From an uncultured Alphaproteobacteria bacterium (GTDB lineage: Bacteria; Pseudomonadota; Alphaproteobacteria; Rs-D84): a stretch of 64,000 bases of DNA. The translations under genes were made by a program, and so were the position numbers. The notes under the pieces are model-generated. The model did no database searches. It was not told the DNA's origin and saw only the letters and a list, made by a program, of their open reading frames with translations. Shown here one piece after another: positions 1-7,283 of the stretch. The DNA lies in contig CAJGDG010000002.1 in the NCBI GenBank assembly GCA_904502095.1, positions 128 through 64,127 on the forward strand, in the 5' to 3' direction. Position 1 is the stretch's first letter. Every line of letters begins with the position of its first letter.

Positions 1-164
1 TTTGTGTTCGCGTTGCGAACATGGACCTAGGTTCCACGGTCAAGCCGTGGAATGACAGAGTTTTTTTGTTTATTTACCCAGGTTCCACAGGGCACCCGTG
101 GAATGACAGAGTTTTTTGTTTGTTCGCCTAGGTTCCACAGGGCACCCGTGGAATGACAGAGTTT
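1..164. repeat. Left copy of a ~165-bp direct repeat (partner 3235-3397); contains three tandem palindromic units at 26-60, 77-111 and 127-161
   Basis: TTTGTGTTCGCGTTGCGAACAT followed by three units CCYAGGTTCCAC-loop-GTGGAATGACAGAG. The same order recurs at 3235-3397 with about 9 differences. The copy is cut by the window edge. Confidence 0.9.
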
Positions 165-192
165 AATGAATTATTCATTCACTAACCACTTG
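165..192. repeat. Left arm of an inverted repeat flanking the two-gene cassette (partner 3072-3102); a third, direct copy lies at 3550-3575
   Basis: The reverse complement of AATGAATTATTCATTCACTAACCACTTG matches CAAGTGGTTAGTG(ATTAGTG)AATGAATTATT at 3072-3102. Confidence 0.75.
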
Positions 193-282
193 CCCCGGCG
201 CAGCACAGCAAAAATCCTGCCACTACTAACCACTTGTACTGACCGCTAATATAATTTTTTCCTTTTATATTTTTTTTATTTA

Positions 283-291
283 TGATAAAAT
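283..291 (+). promoter_or_regulatory. Extended -10 promoter element TGATAAAAT
   Basis: TTTATGATAAAAT lies 18 nt upstream of the ATG at 310. It belongs to the recurring TGATAnAAT motif family in this window. Confidence 0.45.
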
Positions 292-309
292 TTATCCATA
301 CAGAGAGAT

Positions 310-2283
310 ATGAAATTATTTAAGCGATTTTTATTGTTGGTTTTCTGCGCACTGCCGACCTTGGCGGTGGGGCAGGTTGCAACCACCGCGGGCAGTAATT
401 TAACCGCATGGAACGGTAATGCGGGGTCTACAAATAACAATAATTGGAACCAATTAATGAACAATCGTACCGGCGCGGCCACTGCGGCCAAGGCTGATTT
501 CGGCAACTGTAATTCATTGATTTTACGCTGTGCGCAACCAAAATGTGCTGCGTGTACAACAATGGAATTGGCGAAACCTGTTGTGTCGGGTTGTGTAAAT
601 TCGAACAAAGATTGTAAAAAACACGGTGATGATTTGATTGAATTTATCGCTGCGCAAATTGTTGCAAGTGCCGCACAAAAACAACAGGCGGCTGAATTGG
701 CGGCGTCCCAGGCCGCGGCCCAGGCGGCGGCTGCGCAAAATTCCCAACAAATGCAACAAATGCAAATGCAGATGCAGCAAATGCAACAGCAAATGCAACA
801 ACAAAACGCCAATCAGATGGCGCAAATGCAGGCTGCATTGGATGAACAAAAACAATTGGTTGCCCAGGCCCAGGCCGAAGCGGCCGCCGCCCAACAGGCC
901 AAGGCGGATGCAGAAAACGCCAAATCCGCGGCACCGGTTGGGGTGACCGCTGCGCAACAGAATGCGATTAACGCCGGGATCAGTGAAGATGTTTTATTCC
1001 GTCAACAGGCCAGTGGCGAAATCTTGACTGCGATTGAAAATGCAGAGGTGCAGTTAAAGGCGATGGAAACATCGTTAAAATCGTTGTTCGATTATGCGGG
1101 CTGTGATTCGCGTGGTGGAAACTGTGTTGGGCCAAAGCGGGTCAAGGTTTTTAAAGACAAAGCGCGCCCGATTTTTGACAATTTTGATAATGTCGCAGAC
1201 GAATTGTATGAAGCGTTGGAAACGGCGCTGATGCTGGGCGTTGATGTCAGCGATGTTTTAATGATGTTAAATGGTTCGTGTAATCGTTGGGGTCGTTATA
1301 TGTGTCAATCAGATGGTATTTGCACCGACGAAAACAAAGGTTGTACGAAGGGACAACCGTATCATGAGGTTGCAAAATATGATAGCAGCTCTTGTGTTGG
1401 TGGTAAGTCTGTGGCCATCGGCAATGTTAGAGGAAACATGGAATGTCGTGAAAAAACTGCTGTCCCTCCCCAGGACGATATTCGTTGCACAATGATTGGA
1501 TACTTTTCGGCTGATGATACCGATGAGGTTCGTCGTGAATGGATTGATGAAAATTACGAAGGTGACCGTATGGTGCGAATTGGGTGTGCGTCTTCGGCGT
1601 TGGATTCTATTGGCATCTTTTCGCGCCGCCGTGGCAAAAAGGCCAGTACGCTTGATTTGGATACGTTGGAACGCATTTTGGAACAAGACGCAACGGATAT
1701 GGGGGGCAGCAGATATAACGATAAAACCGTGCGCGACAATGAAAAATTACAATACTGTGCATTAAGTGTTGATGGATACAGAATTTTAAACAAAGCTATT
1801 AATACAAAAAAATTTAGTCAAAGCGATGTTTGTGTTGAAACGGCTGATTTGCGTAGCGATGTGCGAAATGGAAATTGGGTTCGCGCACTGGACAGTGATT
1901 CTGGGCGCTATTTAAACCATATCCCCGAAGCGTATGACAAAGGCTCATGCGAAAAGTTGGGAGAAAATCAAGCCTGTTGGGAAGAGGGGACCAAAAAGTG
2001 TTGGGTGCGTAAATGTAATAGCGGTAATTGTAGCGTTGCCACTGCGTGTACGGGGGAATGTGGAACCAATGAATGTGGTATGTGGAACTATTGGAATGGC
2101 GGAACGGTTGTGACGGTTGGTGCCAACGATAACGAGAACAAATGTAAAATGCATGGACATATATGGTATAGTAAGGATCAGCTAGCAGCAAATAAATTTA
2201 CAAACCAAGAAGCGTGCTGTAAGCAAAATGGAAACGGTCATTTTGATACTAATTTGGGGAAGTGCGTGCCTGCAAGCGGATGA
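310..2283 (+). CDS. Secreted Cys-rich protein with a Gln/Ala-rich coiled-coil region (hypothetical, 657 aa)
   Basis: Signal peptide MKLFKRFLLLVFCALPTLAVG; 31 Cys; low-complexity QQMQQMQMQMQQMQQQMQQQ; GAGAG SD upstream; no enzyme motif recognised. Confidence 0.75.
   Translation: MKLFKRFLLLVFCALPTLAVGQVATTAGSNLTAWNGNAGSTNNNNWNQLMNNRTGAATAAKADFGNCNSLILRCAQPKCAACTTMELAKPVVSGCVNSNKDCKKHGDDLIEFIAAQIVASAAQKQQAAELAASQAAAQAAAAQNSQQMQQMQMQMQQMQQQMQQQNANQMAQMQAALDEQKQLVAQAQAEAAAAQQAKADAENAKSAAPVGVTAAQQNAINAGISEDVLFRQQASGEILTAIENAEVQLKAMETSLKSLFDYAGCDSRGGNCVGPKRVKVFKDKARPIFDNFDNVADELYEALETALMLGVDVSDVLMMLNGSCNRWGRYMCQSDGICTDENKGCTKGQPYHEVAKYDSSSCVGGKSVAIGNVRGNMECREKTAVPPQDDIRCTMIGYFSADDTDEVRREWIDENYEGDRMVRIGCASSALDSIGIFSRRRGKKASTLDLDTLERILEQDATDMGGSRYNDKTVRDNEKLQYCALSVDGYRILNKAINTKKFSQSDVCVETADLRSDVRNGNWVRALDSDSGRYLNHIPEAYDKGSCEKLGENQACWEEGTKKCWVRKCNSGNCSVATACTGECGTNECGMWNYWNGGTVVTVGANDNENKCKMHGHIWYSKDQLAANKFTNQEACCKQNGNGHFDTNLGKCVPASG
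745..806 (+). repeat. Imperfect CAAATG/CAGATG microsatellite-like tract inside the CDS (encodes the QM repeats)
   Basis: caacaaatgcaacaaatgcaaatgcagatgcagcaaatgcaacagcaaatgcaacaacaa. Confidence 0.8.
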
Positions 2284-2287
2284 AACA

Positions 2288-3031
2288 ATGGTTAATAAAA
2301 AAAGTATCTTTTATGGTTTGATTGTGGCGGTGTTTACGGCTGTGTTTGTTATGCCGTCTTTTGCCGCAGATGACTCCTGTATGAGCGAAGATAAGGATAT
2401 GATTGCCGCGCCGTTCGCAATGTGTTCAACACATGCCTATAATATCGGTAAGACGGAAAATCCCGATTCCGCTGACCGCGCACTGATGAAGGAAGTTATT
2501 GGTTTGAAAACAACCTTTTTTACCCAGCAATTGTACAAGCAATATGATCAACTGGAATCGATGGTGCGTCGATTGAAAACGCAATTAAAAAAGGCGGTGT
2601 TAACGAATAATCTGAAAGCAGCCGGCGCAAAATCTGAAAAAGATGATGACAGTGGTTCTTCTTATTCTGCGTCCAAGGACGATTATGTTCAGATTTCTGG
2701 TGCAAAAGATTGTACAACTTCGTGGTCGAAAAAAGAGATTTTCGATTGTTTGGCGGGAAATTATATTCTTATCAAAAATGGCGACAAGTCAACTGCATAC
2801 AAAAAGCAACTGAAAACGGATTATAATTTGGCGTGTAAAAATGTTGCTGCAGACGATAAATGTTCGGATACATATAAATGTAAGAAATCTATCAGCGGCA
2901 ATAACTTTTCTGAATGTTTGAATGATTTATATAGTCTTATTGTTGCCGGTAAAGAAGCCGCCGCAGATACGGAAGCAAAGCGAAATAACCCGTTTCAACA
3001 TCTGATGAATAATAATAATAGTGGAAGCTAA
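2288..3031 (+). CDS. Secreted 8-Cys hypothetical protein (247 aa)
   Basis: In-frame ATG 5 nt after the upstream stop; signal peptide MVNKKSIFYGLIVAVFTAVFVMPSFAA; followed by a terminator. Confidence 0.7.
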   Translation: MVNKKSIFYGLIVAVFTAVFVMPSFAADDSCMSEDKDMIAAPFAMCSTHAYNIGKTENPDSADRALMKEVIGLKTTFFTQQLYKQYDQLESMVRRLKTQLKKAVLTNNLKAAGAKSEKDDDSGSSYSASKDDYVQISGAKDCTTSWSKKEIFDCLAGNYILIKNGDKSTAYKKQLKTDYNLACKNVAADDKCSDTYKCKKSISGNNFSECLNDLYSLIVAGKEAAADTEAKRNNPFQHLMNNNNSGS

Positions 3032-3033
3032 AC

Positions 3034-3059
3034 AAAAAACCGGCCCCGCCGGTTTTTTT
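3034..3059 (+). terminator. Rho-independent terminator
   Basis: AAAAAACCGGC-CCC-GCCGGTTTTTTT immediately after the stop at 3031. Confidence 0.8.
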
Positions 3060-3071
3060 ATTCCCAAGGGA

Positions 3072-3102
3072 CAAGTGGTTAGTGATTAGTGAATGAATTA
3101 TT
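3072..3102. repeat. Right arm of the cassette-flanking inverted repeat
   Basis: CAAGTGGTTAGTGATTAGTGAATGAATTATT is the reverse complement of 165-192 with a 7-nt internal duplication. Confidence 0.75.
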
Positions 3103-3234
3103 TTAAATATTAACATAATAAAAAAAATATTGCCGCTCTTTGTCATCCTGTGGCTTGACCACAGGACCCAGGTTATATTTCAATCCCTTTGTCATCCTGT
3201 GGCTTGACCACAGGACCCAGGTTATTTATGCAAA

Positions 3235-3397
3235 TTTGTGTTCGCGTTGCGAACATAGACCTGGGTTCCACGGTCAAGCCGTGGAATGACAGAGTTTTTT
3301 GTTTATTCACCTAGGTTCCGCAGGGCACCCGTGGAATGACAGAGTTTTTTGTTTATTCACCTAGGTTCCACAGGGCACCCGTGGAATGACAGAGTTT
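3235..3397. repeat. Right copy of the ~165-bp direct repeat
   Basis: Collinear with 1-164, with about 9 differences including one T indel. Confidence 0.9.
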
Positions 3398-3447
3398 TTA
3401 AGTTTTTTTACAAAAAAATTTTAAAACTATATATGTAAAGTTCTCTC

Positions 3448-3483
3448 TTTTGTCATCCTGTGGTCAAGCCACAGGATGACAAA
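3448..3483. repeat. Perfect palindrome unit
   Basis: TTTTGTCATCCTGTGG-TCAAGC-CACAGGATGACAAA; 13-bp or longer stem. Confidence 0.9.
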
Positions 3484-3576
3484 TTGATTGATATATGACC
3501 TGGGTATGAAAGTCAAGCCACAGGATGACAAAGAGCGGCAATATTTTTTATAATTATTTCACCACTAACCACTGGT

Positions 3577-4845
3577 TTATTCCTGATTTAACTCGTGCCG
3601 CAGTTTGTCCCAGTATTCCAGACGCTTTTTTATTTCACGTTCGAATCCGCGCTCGACCGGGATGTAATAACGTTCGCGACCCATCGATTCGGGAAAACAA
3701 TTTTGACCAGAAAAACTGTTCGGTGTGTCGGGGTCGTATATGTACCCGTCGTTATAGCCCATCTGTTTCATCATCTTGGTCGGGGCATTTAATATGTTTT
3801 TAGGGGGCATCAATGAACCTGTGGCACGCGCCGCCGCGTATGCGGCCTTTTGCGCTTTGTAATTGCCAATGCTTTTTGGCGCAGTGCCCAGATATATTAC
3901 CAATTCAGTCAAGGCCAAATCGCCTTCGGGACTGCCGATTCGTTCGTATAGTTGCCACGCAGACAGCGCAACCTGCATCGCGTTCGGATCAGCCAGACCA
4001 ATGTCTTCCATCGCAAATCGCGCCAGACGACGAAACAGGTACATTGGGTCTTGGCCCGATGTCATCATGCGCGCCGTCCAATATAATGCCGCATCTGTGT
4101 CGCTGGCACGCAGTGATTTATGAACCGCAGAAATTAAATTATAATGTTCGTCACCGTGACGGTCTGATAATGGCGCGCGCTTTTGTATCACTGAATCTAA
4201 ATCTTCAGATGTCAAAGGTTGTTTGAATTTCGCGTTTGTTAAATACTCGACCGTGTTTAATAAAAAACGCGCGTCGCCGTCCGCCATCTGGGCCAAGTGT
4301 GTGCGGGCAGATGTTTCCAACGGTAATTTTTTGCCGGTGAATTCTTCGGCGCGCGCAATCAATGTCAGTAAATCTTCGGTAGATAATGATGTCAGTACGC
4401 CAATGTGACAGCGCGATAATAACGCGTTGTTTAAATTAAAACTGGGGTTTTCAGTGGTCGCACCAATAAATACAACTGTGCCATCTTCTAAATAGGGCAG
4501 CAGTGTGTCCTGTTGTGTCTTGTTAAAGCGATGAATTTCATCAATGAATAATAATGTATTGCGACCAATGTCGCGATTCATGCGCGCTGCGTCCATCGCC
4601 TTTTTTATGTCGGATGTGCCAGAAAAAACCGCAGACATCGGAACAAAGTCCATGTCAACAGAATTTGCCAATGCACGCGCAATCGTCGTCTTGCCACAGC
4701 CGGGCGGACCCCATAATATCAAATTAGATAATTTTTGCCCGTCAATCATACGGCGAACCAGGCCGTTTTCGCCCAGCAATGTCGTTTGACCAACAATGTC
4801 GTCTATGGTCCCAGGACGCATTAAATCTGCAAGTGGTCGTGTCAT
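3577..4845 (-). CDS. rarA: Replication-associated recombination protein A (AAA+ ATPase RarA/MgsA)
   Basis: Walker A GPPGCGKTT; LFIDEIHRFNK; C-terminal MgsA signature HYNLISAVHKSLRASDTDAALYW. Confidence 0.92.
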   Translation of the reverse strand: MTRPLADLMRPGTIDDIVGQTTLLGENGLVRRMIDGQKLSNLILWGPPGCGKTTIARALANSVDMDFVPMSAVFSGTSDIKKAMDAARMNRDIGRNTLLFIDEIHRFNKTQQDTLLPYLEDGTVVFIGATTENPSFNLNNALLSRCHIGVLTSLSTEDLLTLIARAEEFTGKKLPLETSARTHLAQMADGDARFLLNTVEYLTNAKFKQPLTSEDLDSVIQKRAPLSDRHGDEHYNLISAVHKSLRASDTDAALYWTARMMTSGQDPMYLFRRLARFAMEDIGLADPNAMQVALSAWQLYERIGSPEGDLALTELVIYLGTAPKSIGNYKAQKAAYAAARATGSLMPPKNILNAPTKMMKQMGYNDGYIYDPDTPNSFSGQNCFPESMGRERYYIPVERGFEREIKKRLEYWDKLRHELNQE

Positions 4846-4875
4846 TTTACTTAACTTTTATTTGTGCTTTATTTG

Positions 4876-4884
4876 TGATATAAT
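4876..4884 (+). promoter_or_regulatory. Extended -10 promoter element TGATATAAT
   Basis: TTTGTGATATAAT lies 30 nt upstream of the mucR TTG start. Confidence 0.5.
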
Positions 4885-4914
4885 TATCTTAGAAAAATGT
4901 AAAGGAAATGGCAA

Positions 4915-5271
4915 TTGGTAAATAAAAATTCTGATTTTACATTGGCGGTCGCAAATCTGGCGGCGGCGGCAATCGCTGCTAATCCGGCTTTGTCAATGCA
5001 GGCGGCGGTTAAAAACGCGCGTGAAATTTTGCGCGGTACATCTGTGACTGATGAACAAATCCAAGATTCTGTTCAGCCCGATAAAATACAATGTCTGGAA
5101 GATGGAACGTGGCATATAATGCTGCGCCGATATATAAAACGAAAATTTAATCTGACACCACAACAATATCGTGAAAAGTGGGGACTGCCAGATGATTATC
5201 CGTTTGTCGCACCTGCATATGCGCGTAAACGCTCTAAAATCGCAAAGAAAACCGGATTGGGAAGGAGATAA
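4915..5271 (+). CDS. mucR: Ros/MucR family transcriptional regulator with a degenerate zinc site
   Basis: C-terminal LTPQQYREKWGLPDDYPFVAPAYARKRSKIAKKTGLG is typical of the family. The finger region reads CLEDGTWHIMLRRYIKRKF instead of CLECG..LKRHL..HH. TTG start with AAGGA SD. Confidence 0.85.
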   Translation: MVNKNSDFTLAVANLAAAAIAANPALSMQAAVKNAREILRGTSVTDEQIQDSVQPDKIQCLEDGTWHIMLRRYIKRKFNLTPQQYREKWGLPDDYPFVAPAYARKRSKIAKKTGLGRR

Positions 5272-5273
5272 GC

Positions 5274-7283
5274 ATGGCAGATAAAACGTTTGTTCAAAAT
5301 CGTGGCGATAGTGTTCGGTTGTTTGCAGACAGAATAAAAAAAATGCGTAAAGCTACTGTTGGTCAACAGGTGCCTGATACCGTTCGGTGGAACGAAATTG
5401 CCAATGTGTCGCAAGATGAAAAAGGTGATAGAAAATTAGAAATCGATTTGGATAAGTTGGGCGTCTGGTTAAAAGAAAATGCGCAACAGGGAAAAAAGTG
5501 GACGCAGGTTTCGGCTTTGTGGGTGTCTGAATATTTGACGCGCGCAATAAATAAATTGATGGTGGATAATGGGCTGTTGCGCGGGGGTGAATTTGCTTTT
5601 GAAAAAGGCGCCAAGTTGTCCGAAAATATTAAAAACAAGGAAGGCAAAAAAATCGGAGAAACATTCGTTTCGCGCATTGTTAAAAATCGCCCTTGGGTGT
5701 TCAGCTATTTGATGTATTATTTGATTGCAACAACCTTTGTCGCGGGCGCTGTAAAAGAACCCGTGCCAGAACAAGACAAAGAAGAAGTAAAAAAAGAAAA
5801 TGTCGAAAAAGAAACCGACTCTGTGCCAGAAAAAGAACAAGATAAGTTCGAAAACTTTGTCCTGAATCCAAACGCGTCAGAAGAAGAGTGGCAAAAACAA
5901 ATTGATGCTGTGCAACCCTATGTTTTGTCTCATATATTTTCCACCGAAGGCTATATTAAAAAGGCTTATTTTGATGTGGGAGCTTCTTCGGGTACATTGA
6001 CTTTTGGTGCCGGGTTTACAATTGCAGACAGACAACATCGCAGTTTTGCATCCAAGATATTAGGGCGCAAATTGGGGAATGGTTCGGAAATCTCGATACA
6101 AGAAACAAAGATTTTGGTAGACGCGTGGATGCGTGAAAAGGTTTACCCGCCAATGAAAAAAGCGTTTAAAAAACCTTTGCCTGCCAGATTGTTTGTGGGA
6201 TTGGCTGTGGCTGCATATAATGCAGGCGAAAGCACATATACTCTGGCGGGAAATTCGGGCGTGCCAGTAGTAGAGGCTGTAAACGCAGGCAAAAGCATTC
6301 AGGAAATTGTCGATGTGTATGTGCGCGCCTATGGGAAACAACGTGGAACCCAATGGGGCGGTATGCCAAATAAATACGGTGTGTGTGCGCTGTATATGTT
6401 GGGGCATATTTCTGAAAAGGCTATTTTAGAATCTGTTGGTGAAGCGCCCTATACAATAGAGCCGTTTGTTGCAGCTGTACAGAAACAGGATAGTTCTTTT
6501 AACGAACGGAATATGGTCCAGGGGCGTTTGTTGGTGTATGATGGAAATGCAAAAGAATCAAAGCCAATCGGGGTTAAATATTATGATAATCTTGATGGTA
6601 TGTTGACTAAAACAAAGTTCCGCAAAACCAAAGGTACAGTGCAACTGCCTGTGCAGGAATATTTTAGCACCCAAGAAGTTAAAACTATGTTGGCTGGAAA
6701 TTTGTTCCAGGGCAAGACTGCGGATTTTATGCGAGAATTTAATAAAAATGTTGTCATAGAACAAAGCGAGTCTGAAAAGCTTAACGAAGAGGGTGAATTC
6801 TTGTTCGTAGAAGGCAAATATGCCGATGCAGAAAAGAAGTTTAAAGCCGCAATAAAAGCCGATAAAAATAACTATATTGTTTATAGCAACTTGTCTATTT
6901 TGTATTATCATATGGGACGTTTTGACGATGGGTTAAAGATTGTTCAGAGCTTGATAAATTCTGATAAAATGAAATCTGTGCCAGATGAAATAAAGTCTTA
7001 TACATATTATAATGCTGCGTTGTGCCGTGAAGGTTTGGGCGACAAGGCCAAGACAAAGAAGCAAAAGCAAGAACACTATAAATTATCAGAACAAAATTTA
7101 AAGCTGTCTGAAAAGTATAGCGGTACAGAACACGGCATGCTTAAACAAAGACTGAAAGAAAAAATGAATAATCTGTCTGCAAAAAAACAGGTTGTCGCTT
7201 TTAATGACGGAATTAAAAAAATGGAATCTAAAAAAATACTTCAAATTAACAACAGGGATTTTTCAAATGAAGGTATATGTTGA
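5274..7283 (+). CDS. Membrane-anchored lysozyme-like protein with C-terminal TPR repeats (669 aa)
   Basis: One TM helix (WVFSYLMYYLIATTFVAGAV). T4-lysozyme-like motif STEGYIKKAYFDVGASSGTLTFGAG with E-9-D spacing. TPR-like YSNLSILYYHMGRFDDGLKIV. ATG lies 2 nt after the mucR stop. Confidence 0.5.
   Translation: MADKTFVQNRGDSVRLFADRIKKMRKATVGQQVPDTVRWNEIANVSQDEKGDRKLEIDLDKLGVWLKENAQQGKKWTQVSALWVSEYLTRAINKLMVDNGLLRGGEFAFEKGAKLSENIKNKEGKKIGETFVSRIVKNRPWVFSYLMYYLIATTFVAGAVKEPVPEQDKEEVKKENVEKETDSVPEKEQDKFENFVLNPNASEEEWQKQIDAVQPYVLSHIFSTEGYIKKAYFDVGASSGTLTFGAGFTIADRQHRSFASKILGRKLGNGSEISIQETKILVDAWMREKVYPPMKKAFKKPLPARLFVGLAVAAYNAGESTYTLAGNSGVPVVEAVNAGKSIQEIVDVYVRAYGKQRGTQWGGMPNKYGVCALYMLGHISEKAILESVGEAPYTIEPFVAAVQKQDSSFNERNMVQGRLLVYDGNAKESKPIGVKYYDNLDGMLTKTKFRKTKGTVQLPVQEYFSTQEVKTMLAGNLFQGKTADFMREFNKNVVIEQSESEKLNEEGEFLFVEGKYADAEKKFKAAIKADKNNYIVYSNLSILYYHMGRFDDGLKIVQSLINSDKMKSVPDEIKSYTYYNAALCREGLGDKAKTKKQKQEHYKLSEQNLKLSEKYSGTEHGMLKQRLKEKMNNLSAKKQVVAFNDGIKKMESKKILQINNRDFSNEGIC

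Larger units (their letters stand above)
3122..3549. repeat. Composite block of palindromic units closed by a 32-bp inverted repeat
   Basis: AAAATATTGCCGCTCTTTGTCATCCTGTGG (3124-3153) versus CCACAGGATGACAAAGAGCGGCAATATTTT (3518-3547). The block holds units at 3136-3173, 3185-3222, 3261-3294, 3310-3344, 3360-3394 and 3448-3483. Confidence 0.85.

Noticed and set aside
26-161. Regularly spaced ~35-nt palindromic repeats that superficially look like a short CRISPR array (also at 3261-3394)
   Set aside because: The 'spacers' are only 15-16 nt and are nearly identical to each other (TTTTTTGTTTATTYAC). This is a tandem repeat of one ~50-bp unit, not a repeat-spacer array, and no cas genes are present.
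276-957. Antisense and alternative-frame ORFs (276-812, 523-957, 638-946, 644-934) with bizarre Cys/Ile- or His/Leu-rich products
   Set aside because: They are artefacts of the CAA/ATG/GCC low-complexity tract of the 310-2283 gene. They have no SD and no plausible protein composition.
1-3576. Integron-like gene cassette with attC sites
   Set aside because: The palindromic units lack the RYYYAAC/GTTRRRY core sites, no intI or attI is visible, and the cassette has its own promoter-like element and terminator.
2937-3803. Two ORFs that both begin MTKSGNIF (2937-3146 minus strand, 3525-3803 plus strand)
   Set aside because: The shared N-terminus is encoded by the two arms of the 32-bp inverted repeat (ATGACAAAGAGCGGCAATATTTT). 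The remainders run through repeats or antisense to rarA, so both are spurious.
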